A stretch of DNA of 64,000 bases from Callorhinchus milii (taxonomy: Eukaryota), in assembly GCF_018977255.1 (NCBI RefSeq), contig NW_024704742.1, forward strand, positions 45,510,001 to 45,574,000, in the 5' to 3' direction. Both the position numbers and the translations under genes were made by a program. Under the pieces are notes generated by a model, which saw only the letters and a list, made by a program, of their open reading frames with translations, was not told the origin of the DNA and ran no database searches. Below are positions 52,701 to 64,000 of the stretch, piece after piece (position 1 is the first letter of the stretch; every line of letters starts with the position of its first letter).

Positions 52701-53309
52701 CTATGTCTATTTGGATCTTGAATGCCAAAAAAAACATGCAGAATACTAGCTTCAAAAATCAGGCTTAATTACTTTCATTCAAATCAACCTCAATTTAAGG
52801 TTGGGGCATTATTAATTTCAAGACAGGATTCTTAAGGCTAAGACCATGAGAAATGTCAGGCCTTAGGCGCTTGATTCATGCTACCAATGTAAGTGCTCTT
52901 CACTTCTTTTAATCTCCAATCTTAAAATAAGCCTCCTGTAATAGGATGACTTGAATTGTCCATTGTGCTCCAGGTGAAGCTGAACAAGTGTTCTGTACAA
53001 GTTCAGTATTACTTCCTATAGTATACGCGTAATCCCTTTATCTACACACACTAACAGCTTGTTTGCTCTTTGCTGTTGCCTCAAACTGTGTAGGTTGCCT
53101 CTAACAAAAAGAACCCACAAAGTCCCTCAAGGTTGAGTTTAGATTGTATTTGTACAAGTGACAGTCTGTAAGTGCTTCTATGGAAGCAGTTAGCCACAGG
53201 GATTCCTCAAACAGATACTGATAGAACTCCCAGGATGGATATCCTTTTGTCTCAAGTCCTTCAAGTTTATTTGTCAGTCTTGTTGTACTATCCAGGAACA
53301 GATTAATAT

Positions 53310-53473
53310 TCAAAAAAAATTGGTCACTCAATCCACGACAGTTTGTGGGTCACTGCTGTGCTCAATTGGTTGCTGTGTTTTGCCCACAAAATACACAGTC
53401 AATCCATTTTATAATATATTCTGTGAAGCACTTTGCGCCATCTGATCAACATGATAAATTACTATATCAAATG
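53310..53473 (+). mobile_element. SINE 3' half
   Basis: aattggtcactcaatccacgacagtttgtggg...tatatcaaatgc. Confidence 0.75.
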
Positions 53474-53559
53474 CCACTAAAGCCTATTCCAATACAAAGT
53501 CACTCGGCATTGTGTAGCGCTCCAAAACGCTATCCTGCATGAAGGGTGGCATATATGTT

Positions 53560-53985
53560 ACAGTAAAGTTGTGAAACCAGTGACTTTGCAAAATCCCTGA
53601 CACCTTCATTTGCTTGGTGTCATCTGCAAACTTAGCCACTGTGCTTGTGACTTCTAGGTCCAGATCATTTATGAAAATATTAAACAAAAGAGATCCCAAA
53701 ACAGGCCCTTGTGGAACTCCACTGGTAACATTTTCCCAGTTTCATGACATTCTCTGTATCACCACCCTTTGGGTTCTTCCGGGCAACCAGTTGCATATCC
53801 ATTGTAATATACCTCTACTGTTTCCCGCTTTCTTTACTTTCAGTACCAGCCTCTCAAGAGGAATTGTATTAAAGGCCTTATTGAAATCCAGATATACATC
53901 ATCCATAGCCATACCCTTATCAAGCTCCCTTGTCACACCATCAACAAAAAACAGTAAATTAGATTGGCAAGACCTATCCTTCATC
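53560..53985 (-). mobile_element. CR1 LINE reverse transcriptase fragment
   Basis: [61 protein letters not shown]. Confidence 0.9.
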
Positions 53986-54329
53986 ATAGAATTATACAGC
54001 ACAGAAGGTGGCCATTAAGCCCAAAGTGTCTGTGTCAATGAACCCTCTGGGTTCATGAACTCATGTAGGCTATCATTTATGATTTTATTTTTGTCCAGAT
54101 GCTCTATGATTTTATCCTTAATAAGAGTCTCTTTATTGCCTTACCTAATCTCACTGAGCAATGATAGCACAACCAATACCTACCAGAAATTGCCATAGCA
54201 TATAGGCACAAATGCATACCCAGACAGTGAGCACTAATCCTCCAATGCAACTTTGTACAGAATCAAGGTTACAGTAGGAACAGAGAAATACGAATAGGGC
54301 ATTAACCCATTTAAGTTGGTGACTAGAAG

Positions 54330-54605
54330 GCATCAATATCAGATAATGAGCAAATGGGGCGGAAAGGAGAAATGTTTTCACAAAGAATAGTTACAATATG
54401 GAATGCCCTGCCATGGGAGGAGAGGCACAATCCAAATTACCTTTCAAAAGGGAACTAAATAATTGCCTACAATGGAGTCAACTACGGGGACTACGGGGAA
54501 AGGGCAGGTAAATGGGACTGAAAGGATTGTTCCTAAAAGAGCCTGCACAGACATGGTGAGTCAAATGGCCACCTATGCTTTTAATTGATTTGAATCTATA
54601 GTTCT
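54330..54605 (+). mobile_element. CR1 3' end
   Basis: aggagaaatgttttcacaaagaatag...tggaatgccctgcc...aaatggcc. Confidence 0.6.
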
Positions 54606-54699
54606 ATGTCTGGCCTGATTTTGGGGAATCACAATAGATCTTTAAATCCCATTTTCCCACCTTTTTATCCACATCCCTTAATAACTTTACTTCCATATG

Positions 54700-54700
<1 letters not shown>

Positions 54701-54770
<70 letters not shown>
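54701..54770. repeat. (GTCT)17 microsatellite
   Basis: Read directly from the sequence. Confidence 0.95.
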
Positions 54771-55094
54771 GTTTATTTTACACATTCCAATGAATTATGT
54801 GCCTATGTTGTGTGACATTGGGTTTTTGTAAACCATTTCCGACCATAATAAATAATGAATATCATCTTTTAAATCAACCCAATTCAACACTGAAGCAACT
54901 GTGAATACGTTTGTGTCACCAAAAGAATGTGAATGGTCTTCTGTCGGGGCATCTCAGTTCACGTCACCTTCATGCAATGTAATGCTCAGCCTTATTCGTA
55001 CATATTCTAAATTGACACCGCTAGACAGTAGAAGGGGAATAATTCCTTCAAAAAAGGAAGGAAGTCTCTTTATTGCCTTACCTTACCTCATTGC

Positions 55095-55195
55095 TGGTCA
55101 CAATTAGCTGCCGCGTTTCACTCACAAAATCCACGGTCAATCCACTTTACAGTATATCCTGTTAAGTACCTTGAGACGTCTCAATGATGTAGGAT
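55095..55195 (+). mobile_element. SINE 3' fragment
   Basis: caattagctgccgcgtttcactcacaaaatccacggtcaatccactttacagtat. Confidence 0.65.
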
Positions 55196-56907
55196 CGATC
55201 ATTATTTGTAAGGCTTAAAAAAAATGGAATCTGATGCTGATGCCTTTGACACTTTAAAAGGCAAAGACCTCTATAGATTTGTTACCAATGGCCATGCCAG
55301 TAGAAAATAACAAATAAAGAAGATTTAACTTCAGAAAAAGGCGAGAAATCTGTCTGTATATTAGTGTTGTGTAATTATTCTGTAAAAGTTTGGTCATTTA
55401 AAATAAAGTAATTTTTTTGTGTATTCTTTGTGTTAGTTTTTTACATATTCTTGAAAAAAGGGTTAAATAGATATATTAATTATAGTATGAATTGTTTGGT
55501 TGACTCATAAAGTAGATAGACTGAGTCTGAACGTAAAATGCAAAGCTTGCTATGAAGTGTTGTACTTCGGTATTTGCATCGATTGTATTGCATTGGAGGA
55601 ATGCAAGAATGCCACCAGACAAATAACATGCGCCATGTAACTGAAACTGTTCTTCCGAAAGGTATGATCCATTTTCGAGAAAAGTGAGGCAGTTTCTGCA
55701 GCAGAAGGATGGCCAAGCCAATTCCTCCAAAAACTCAAGCAGCTGGACACACATTTTAAGAAAAAAAAGCTTGTAAACTGTAGCTTGGGGTTACTCTGCA
55801 GTTCTGTGCTTTGGTGACATTCAAACACAACACTTCACTAGAAGGCTTTCAATTCTAAATGTTAATTGCACATCAGCAATTCCTAAAGGGGAAATCTGCT
55901 GCAGGCTTATACTGTACTGTTGTTTTATAATGAATACGTCATTTAGTAGCTGAGCCAAGAAAGAAGTGCAATTCTGCAGATTTCAATTAAGTGGTAATGA
56001 TCTTGAAAGTGTGCACTACTTCACAAGTGACACGAGCAGACATGCTGAAAATAATTTTATACAGTACTGAATCTCACCACCTTCCCTTACACCTGCTTAG
56101 TGATATTGTTTAGGGTATGCCGCAGTAAATTCACCAACTAACGATTGAGGTTATGGAAATTAAAATTCTGAAACAGCCAATGCAGTGGATGGTCTGTGGA
56201 GCTGAAATCTTTGTTACAGCTTTATTATCCATGATGATAATTACCCTGCGGTTCTGAACTTACTGTCAATTTGCAGAACTCTGAGCAATACTAATTGAAG
56301 TAAAATTATTTCACTTTAGCGATAATGTTCATTTTCTTTTAATTAAAATATCTTTTGATTGTATATTAAAATGACTCTTGGTGCCTAATTAAAAATGCCC
56401 TTATTCTGATGTTTATTTAATGCATTCCAATATATATTTTAATTACTATTTTAGTGTTCCAAATGAGTCTTTAGGTTCATTAATAACTCACCTATTCTAT
56501 GAATTGATCTTGAAAGTGACTTCAGAGAGTAGATTTAAATATTTAAAACACATGTGTAATATCATTTCATAAGAACATTTTTGTCAGATACCATGTTCTA
56601 TCCACATCCAAGTAAATATGCTACTCTATGCTGGTATACGTCTATATATAATTCAGTTACATACCATAAAGATTTATTAAAATATTTTAAAAATATTTAT
56701 AATTTATTTATAATTCATGGTGCATGGTTGTGGCCTTTAACGTGAGAGATGTCAGTACCCTTTCTCACAAACAATATCAAGTTCAAAATTTCATGCGGAA
56801 AAATCCCAGGTATTTATAATATATGATATAACATTTGCCGAGTTAATCCCCTGTTCCTCTGCTTCAATTGTGTACCTTGCTCAGTTACTAAAATCACCAA
56901 AATAAAA

Positions 56908-57110
56908 CATAATCCTTGCATTTCATACAGCACCTTTCAAGTTGGGATGACATCTCAAAGTGCTTATGGTAAAGTGTAGTATCTATGCATTTTATAGATC
57001 AACGCAGCAGTCAATTTGTGTACAGTAAATTCCTACAATCAACCGTGAAGTGAATGACAAATTTTATTTGGGGGATTAATTGCCAGGGTGCCAGGAGAAA
57101 TTCCCTTCAT
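56908..57110 (-). mobile_element. Deu-domain SINE 3' fragment
   Basis: aatccttgcatttc...ccagggtgccaggagaaattccc. Confidence 0.6.
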
Positions 57111-57302
57111 GTTATGAAAAGCTCTTGGAGATAGCCCAATAGACGAACGCAAACATGCTATAGTCAGTAACAGTGGAAACTCACTTTGTGGCCACCTCAA
57201 TATTGAGGACAAATCACAACTTAGGATACTTTTTCACTGAATTATTTACTTCATCTAAAAGTGGCCAATAGCTAAAGTGACTTATTGAGAGCATTTCATC
57301 AA

Positions 57303-58860
57303 TAGAAACAGGAGTAGGCCATTCAGCCTCTTGAGTCTGTTCCAACATTCTATAAGAACATGGCTGATCTGTACCTCAACTCCAATTACCTACCCTTACC
57401 CCATATTCCTTGATACCCTTACCTAACAAATATGTATCCACCTCAGTCTTGAAAATGTGAATGGATCCAGCATCCACAGCCTTTTGGGGGAGAGAGTTAC
57501 AGATTTCCACTACCCTTTGGGTGAAAAGCTGCCTCCTAATTTCACTCCTAAATGGTCTGGCTCTAATTTTAAGATTATGCCCCTCTGGATTGCCCCACTA
57601 GAAGAAATTGTTTCTCTGTATGTATCCTATCTATCGTATTCCTTTATTACTTTAAAAACCTCAATCAGATCACACCTCAACCTTCTAAACTCAAGAGAAT
57701 AAAGACCAAGTTTATGCAACCTGTCCTCATAATTTAACACTTTAAGCCCTGGTATGATTCTGGTGAAACTGCACTGCACCCCCTCCAGAGCTAATATATC
57801 CTTACTGAGAAGTGATGCCCAAAACTGAATGCAGTACACCAGAAGGGGTCTGACCAAGGCTCTATACATTTGAAGAATCATTTCCTCTCCTTCAAATTCC
57901 AGCCTCCTTGAGATAAAGGCCAACATTTCATTAGCCCTTTTGCTAACTTTTGTTAACTTTACCTGTGAGCTTGTTTTTAATGATTTGTGTATATGGATAC
58001 CCAAATCCCTTTTGCTCTTCCACAGTTCTTAGTTTCTCACCACTTAGAAAATATTCAGCTTTGCTATTTTTGAATCCACAGTAGATGATCTCACGCTTCC
58101 TCACATTGAATTCCAAATGCCACAGTTTTGCCCACTCACTTAATCTGTTTAAGTCCCTTCTGTAACTTCCTACTCCCATCGACACAACATAACGTGTCTC
58201 CTAACTTTGTGTCATCTGCAAATTGTGATATTTATAAAAAATAAAATCTATTTCTTCATCCATGTCATTCATATGTATATGCTGAAAAGCTGAGGCCCCA
58301 GTACAGACCCGTGGGGAACACCCCTTGTCACATCCAGCAATCAGAGAATGTTCCTTTTATTCCTACTGTCTGTTTGCTGCCTCCCAACCAATTACCAAGC
58401 CACGTCGCAAGGTTACCTCCGATTCTATGCGCTTTTTCTATGCTAATAACCTCTTGTGCGGAACCTTATCAAATGCCCTCTGAAAGTCCATGCAGACAAC
58501 ATACACAGATGCTCTCCTATCCACCTTGTTAATGATCTTAAAAAATTCAATTAGATTCGTTAGACATGATTTACCCTTCACAAATCCATGCTGACTCTCT
58601 TTGATTAGTGCATAATTGTTCAAGTGCTCAGTTACTCTGTCCCTGATGAGAGACTCCAGTAACGTCCCCACAACTGAAGTTAAGCTGACAGGTCTGTAGT
58701 TCATTGATTTCTCCCTCCTTTCTTAAATAATGGAGTGACATTTGCAATTTTCCAATCCAAAGGCACAATTCCCAAACAAAGAGAGCTTTGGAAAATTATG
58801 ACTAACGCATTTGCAATTTCCTCCCCTACTTCTTTTAATATCCTGGGGTGGAATCCAATA
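57303..58860 (-). mobile_element. CR1 LINE, 5'-truncated, with frameshifted RT domain and 3' UTR
   Basis: HPRILKE..DWKIANVTPLFKKG..NYRPVSLTSVVG..SQHGFVKGKSCLTNL..DFQRAFDKVPH..FADD..YRALVRPLL..LRCDLIEVFK. Confidence 0.92.
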
Positions 58861-59849
58861 GCAGTCAAAAGGATAAGTCGGCATACTGTCTTTAGCAGCA
58901 AGTTTCCACTATACCTCACCAAAGCACTACAGATTTAGATGCTAACTCTATATAATTGTCACTTCCTTCCAGGAGGACTCCAGAGCAATTCACACAAGAT
59001 CAAGCCTCATTCCCACTGCACATCTGGTGGTGAATTGCCAGCAAAACCATGGGGATTCAAAGCTTAAACATGCACTATAAATGCAGCGTAGGGTATGATC
59101 AGGCACTTACAGATCAGAGCTTGTTTCTATTGGGAAAATGAAGATCAAAAGAGAAGAAGATTGAGTCTGTAATGCTGAGAGGAGCATGCGTGTGCCACTG
59201 TAGGCATGCTGCTGGAATTAAATTGGGCCTGTGACTGGACTAGGGATGATACTCAGTGACTTACTCAAGTGACACTTCAATGTCACTCATAGTGCAGCCA
59301 TGGTATTTTTGAAATTTCCAATTTTTCTCAGTGTCTGTTCCATGCATGTGCAGAATTTTTCACAATCATGTTGACAATTCAATAGCTACAGAGATAACTG
59401 GAGTGATGACCAGGAATGTAATTCAATATCAGCTGCTTTTGCTCCAGGTCCTTTTTCCTCAGTTTGCGACAGCTATCGGACAACAATGCAAAAAAAAACA
59501 TTGTGAAATGACGTGGGCATATGTAGAGTCTATAGCATCATATACAAATAAAAAGATGCTGCTGCTGGCTATTCAGGTACTGAGAACACTGGCAATTGGT
59601 CAGCAATGTCAGAAGATGTGCCTGACAGCAGAAATAATTCAGCTGTCAGTGCAACAAAGTAGAGTGTCACTTATTGCTTCTCAGCCAACAATGGCTGGAA
59701 TTCTCTAACTCACGGACTCAGTATTAGGGTATTGGGAGAATCCATTTTTATAAAAACTGTAAATGTTTATGTTCGTGTAATGTGCTTTTGTCCGCGCATG
59801 TGTGTGTATGCATATGCATCTGATTCCTTTTGTAACTTTGTTTTGATGT

Positions 59850-60180
59850 GATAATAATAATATAATAATAATAATAATACTTGCATTTGATATAGCGCTT
59901 TTCACGTTGGGAGGACGTCCCAAAGCGCTTCACAGAACACACCGTAAAGTGAATTGACTGTATGTTTGTAGGCGAACGCGGCAGCCAATTGCGCACAGCA
60001 ATGTCCCACAAGCAGTCGTATATTGAAAATGACCAATTTATTATTGTTTTTGGTTTTGGAGGGATTATTATTACGTATGTGGAGTAAGGAAACTTGCCCA
60101 AGGTTTCGCCCTGCCTGGAATTGAACTCAGGTCTCTCACTTGCAAAGCGAGTGCTCTAACCACTGAGCTACAGGACTTCA
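59850..60180 (-). mobile_element. Young tRNA-derived SINE, full length, short subfamily
   Basis: CpG-rich, intact head and tail, long (AAT)n. Confidence 0.9.
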
Positions 60181-61189
60181 CAAAGTTGTGAAGAACAAAC
60201 AAAAAATGTCTTCCTGCATGCACTAATGTGCTATGTTTTTTTCAAACAAATCCATTATTATTCTTTAACAAATAATTTTAACTGGATAATATCTTTCTGA
60301 ATGTATACGCCACCAATTCCGATGGATTTCATTTCAAAAATATACTTTGGAGCTCGTACATAGCCCACAAGATTCCATTGTCAGCTTCATCCTAAATGAA
60401 GGATGCCAGTTCAATACAAATTCCAGCAGAATGCAAATTTGAGTACAATGTAAGATCAGTTACAATGAAAATTCCCCATAGTACATTTGACAGATAGGAT
60501 TAATGGATTAGAGCACAAAATCCAACACACATTCGACATTTCAAATATACGCATGCCTTGTTTTCATTTTTGCTACTAAGCAATAAATAATTTTTTATGT
60601 CTATACAAGAATGGAAAGAATTTTCACTCTAAAGTGTCGAGCATACCCGTTTCAAAAATTTAACATGAGAATACTTCAATGATGTTCTAAGGAACTAGTA
60701 AGAGTAACAGACAGGCTCCTAGATCTCATTTTTCAAAAAAAGGCACTTTACCTTCCAGTTATTTGACAGTACAAAATCATTTTCAGTCAGAACATGCAGC
60801 AGAAAATTGCTAAAGACAACCTCTCCTCTCATTTTCAAAGACAAGAGTTGCTAGTTTCATCTCTTGTGAGGTATTTTGAACTGCACAGCCATTCAGAGCA
60901 TAACTATATTGGTGCTATACGAGCCAATCGGTTTTAGGATTTGATCTAACCTTGAAATAATTCATTTAATGGAATGTCAGAAAAACCTTGTCTGCTACAA
61001 TAAAAGTACAGATGATGCTGCATGTACTATCAGTGTTGATATCACTTATCAAAAGACATCAAATGCAACTGCAGATTTGTAAAATTGTCACATCATTGAC
61101 AAACTTCTTTATGAGTAACAACTTGATGTTTTGTTGCATGTTCCATCAACTGAGTCAGATATAAGTGTGATACACACAAATAAATGGAA

Positions 61190-62130
61190 TTAAGTGGCGG
61201 AGCCGGGTGATTTTACAGAGGTGGGGAAAGGCGGAGCGGGTCATGGTACGGATGTGGGGTATGAAGGAGAGTTGAGGGTCGAACAGGATGCCAAGGTTCC
61301 GTATTGGCTCCATGAGGTATAGAGTGCATCCATGGAGGGAGGTGCTGTCGGGGCCCAAGGTATGGAGGCGCTGACAGGAACCAAGCAGGAGGGCCTTGGT
61401 CTTGTTGACATTCAACTGCAGGAAGTTAGCTCTCATGCAGGACTTGATGTCTGACAGGCAGTCTGTGAGGACAGCAGTAGTCCTGGAATCTAGGGTGGAA
61501 TGAGAGAGATAGGGTGGGGTGTCATCCGCATATATGTGGAAGTTGACCCCATGACTACGGATCATGTCACCAAGGGGGAGCATATAGATATTGAAAAGGA
61601 GAGGGCCAAGGACAGAGTCCTGAGGGTTACCACACATGATGGTGTGGGGACTGGAGGAGAAGCTGTTAGTGGCAAGAAAGTGGAGACAGTGGGAGAGGTA
61701 GGATTCAAACCCAGTAAGGGCAGGTCCGTGAACATTGAGCTGAGAGGAGAGGTGCTGTAGGAGGATAGAGACGTCAACAGTGTCGAAGGCAGCAGAGAGG
61801 TTGAGGAGGACAAGGAGGCAGAGAGAGTCCTGGTTGCAGATGTTCAGAAGTGACTTTGACCAGGGCTCTTGCCATGCTGTGGGCAGTACGGAAACCCGAT
61901 TGGAGGGGTTCAGAGAGGGAATGGCGGGAGAGGAAAGATTGAAGCTGGGACGAGACGACTTATTCCGTGATCTTGGAGAGGAATGGAATGTTGGAGATGG
62001 GACAATAGCTGGAGAGTAGAGATGGGTCTAGAGATTTTATTTTGAGGATGAGGGTAATGACAGCTGTTTCTATGGGGGTGTGGGAACAGCGGCAGTATAT
62101 AAGGAAAGATTGACAATTGGCTAAACACCT
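61190..62130 (-). mobile_element. L2-clade LINE RT fragment
   Basis: [55 protein letters not shown]; upstream frames contain degenerate L2 RT motifs. Confidence 0.9.
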
Positions 62131-64000
62131 AATATCAGTCCAAGGATGTAAGGTGGCATTAATTGGTTGCTATTGCATTGCTAATGCCACTGGAAGCTAC
62201 CAATGTTGTTCCAAAGTCACAAACATTCACCAATAATGATATCAGCAGAATTTGAGTGTCACTTCACAGGGTACCAGTTTAGAGTTAACAAGTCTTATTC
62301 TTAGGCTTGATGAAAGCTCTGCTAATAAGGAAGAATGCTTCACTCAAAAATAGCATTACATCAGAGCTGCATTCTACTGATGAGAGGTGTGAGTATGTAT
62401 TAATAGTTTCAGAAAGCCTTCAAAAGTAAACAAGATTTAAAAAGTAGAGGTAGCTAATGGAGAGAGAGAGGGCCTGCTGCCTGTCCTTTGCCTCCTCTGA
62501 CCCATCATCGATTCCCAAGCTTTCATCCATGGTACTCTTGTTCACTGCAACTCTCTTTCTTTGCCTTGTGCCCTCTTTTCCTGGTTTCCAAACTTACCTA
62601 CAAATCTATGTCTTTGATTGGCTTCTGCCTCCTCTTCACATCCTGCTCCATGATACTAGGCGACACTGTAAATCAATGCACACTGTAAAAATGCACACTG
62701 AGCACATGCAATCTGGAGGGAAATTGAAGGATGGAAAGTGGAATCTCCCAGTTAAAATAGTTTTTATTTAGTTAGCCCGGTGTTGGACACGTGTGGACAA
62801 CCATCACCATCAGTACCCAAGGCAAACTGAGAGTTCTATGCATCCAATCAACACGTGGAAATTCCTGTGTATTGGACTGGAAAGCGGACTCTCTCCCTGG
62901 AGAAACATATTTGCTTACCTATTCCTGGAGAGTATTAGGTGCAGGCTGGTGAAAAGCCAAAGCCCTTTAACATAGTCTGCAGTTAATGTTTGCTTTAAAA
63001 CTAAATTATGAAAATATAAAATATTCTTTGTTTACTTCTTTTTCAGGAAATTGGTTCAGTCCATTTCAACATAAATTCTGAATATATCTGAGATCAGAAA
63101 TAGAAATCACACAGGATCTTCTAAAGATTAGATTAGATTGCAACAGAAACAAAAACTTATGTTTATAGAGTAAAGTTAATGTGGGAAGGCTAATATATTA
63201 ATGAATACTAATGAAAAAGCTGGAAAAATGTAACAGAAGACTAAGTACTGGAAGATCAATGATTATTCATTTGATTAACAAACCAAAAGTTAATTATTGA
63301 AGATAATTATCCATTTATGAATTCATTTTAATTGTTACAGCATGAGCTACATGATTCTGATTTACTTAAGGATTACTGAAAAGAAGGTATCTTATGTAAA
63401 CAGTTTACTGTGCAGTAATGACTGAAATGTTTAAATATAAACATTTGTTTCAAAGTATATATTTGGTAACAGAATCATGAAATCAAATAATTGTTATTGA
63501 ACCATAAATATTATGTGATTAGAGTCTCAAATTCATTACAAAAGTTTCTTCAAATGTTGCTCATGGAGAAACTTATTTCACTAATGCATAGTCTCTGTAG
63601 GTGGGTTTTTTCTGATGATATTTCCTGTTGTGCTATACATACTATTTGCCCCAGTCCCAAAAGAATGATCATCAAGATAGCTGCATGTTCTGAGTACCTG
63701 CTGATATTATTAAAAAGTGTTGCCTTTCCACTACAGGGAAAATGAGACCCAGTGCTGATGATCCACCTTATATTGCAGTCATTAACAGAAGGACGCTGAA
63801 ATTGGCCAATGATTTGGTCTCTCTATGTATCCCTCACAACTTCTGACTGCTGAGGTTAAATTCTGAGGGGTAAAGGTTGCAGATCTTAATAACGCATTGC
63901 TTGTGTAAATTAACACAAGGATTGCTTGGGAAATACTGCGAATGTTACCCCTATGAGCTCATAATGTTCTTCTTTAAAATCACCCTTGTTACCAATTCAT

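Noticed and set aside
57303..58860. Reverse transcriptase ORFs as an active element or novel RT system
   Set aside because: Ordinary frameshifted, 5'-truncated CR1. The same applies to the L2 copies at 46110 and 61190.
62153..62190. Hairpin GTGGCATTA-N20-TAATGCCAC
   Set aside because: A 9-bp stem is expected by chance in 64 kb and is too short for a pre-miRNA.

Overview
AT-rich vertebrate genomic DNA. The repeat content (Deu-domain SINEs, a young tRNA-headed SINE, CR1 and L2 LINEs, Penelope-type tails) suggests a cartilaginous fish, possibly a chimaera; this is an inference. The only credible protein-coding sequence is the terminal exon of a delta-1 protocadherin, most likely PCDH7 (41459-41838, +). 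It follows more than 41 kb of apparent intron and is followed by a ~2.9 kb repeat-free 3' UTR. The rest is decayed retroelements, microsatellites and repeat-free stretches that may be conserved non-coding elements. I found no convincing new multi-gene system. The best leads are a Penelope-derived minimal hammerhead ribozyme motif in the intron, a 125-bp 3' UTR tandem duplication whose copies each look like an antisense 35-nt micro-exon, a G-quadruplex with a competing 19-bp complementary tract in the 3' UTR, and several informative SINE rearrangements. Repeat boundaries were estimated by eye, and family names come from recalled consensus sequences, not database searches.
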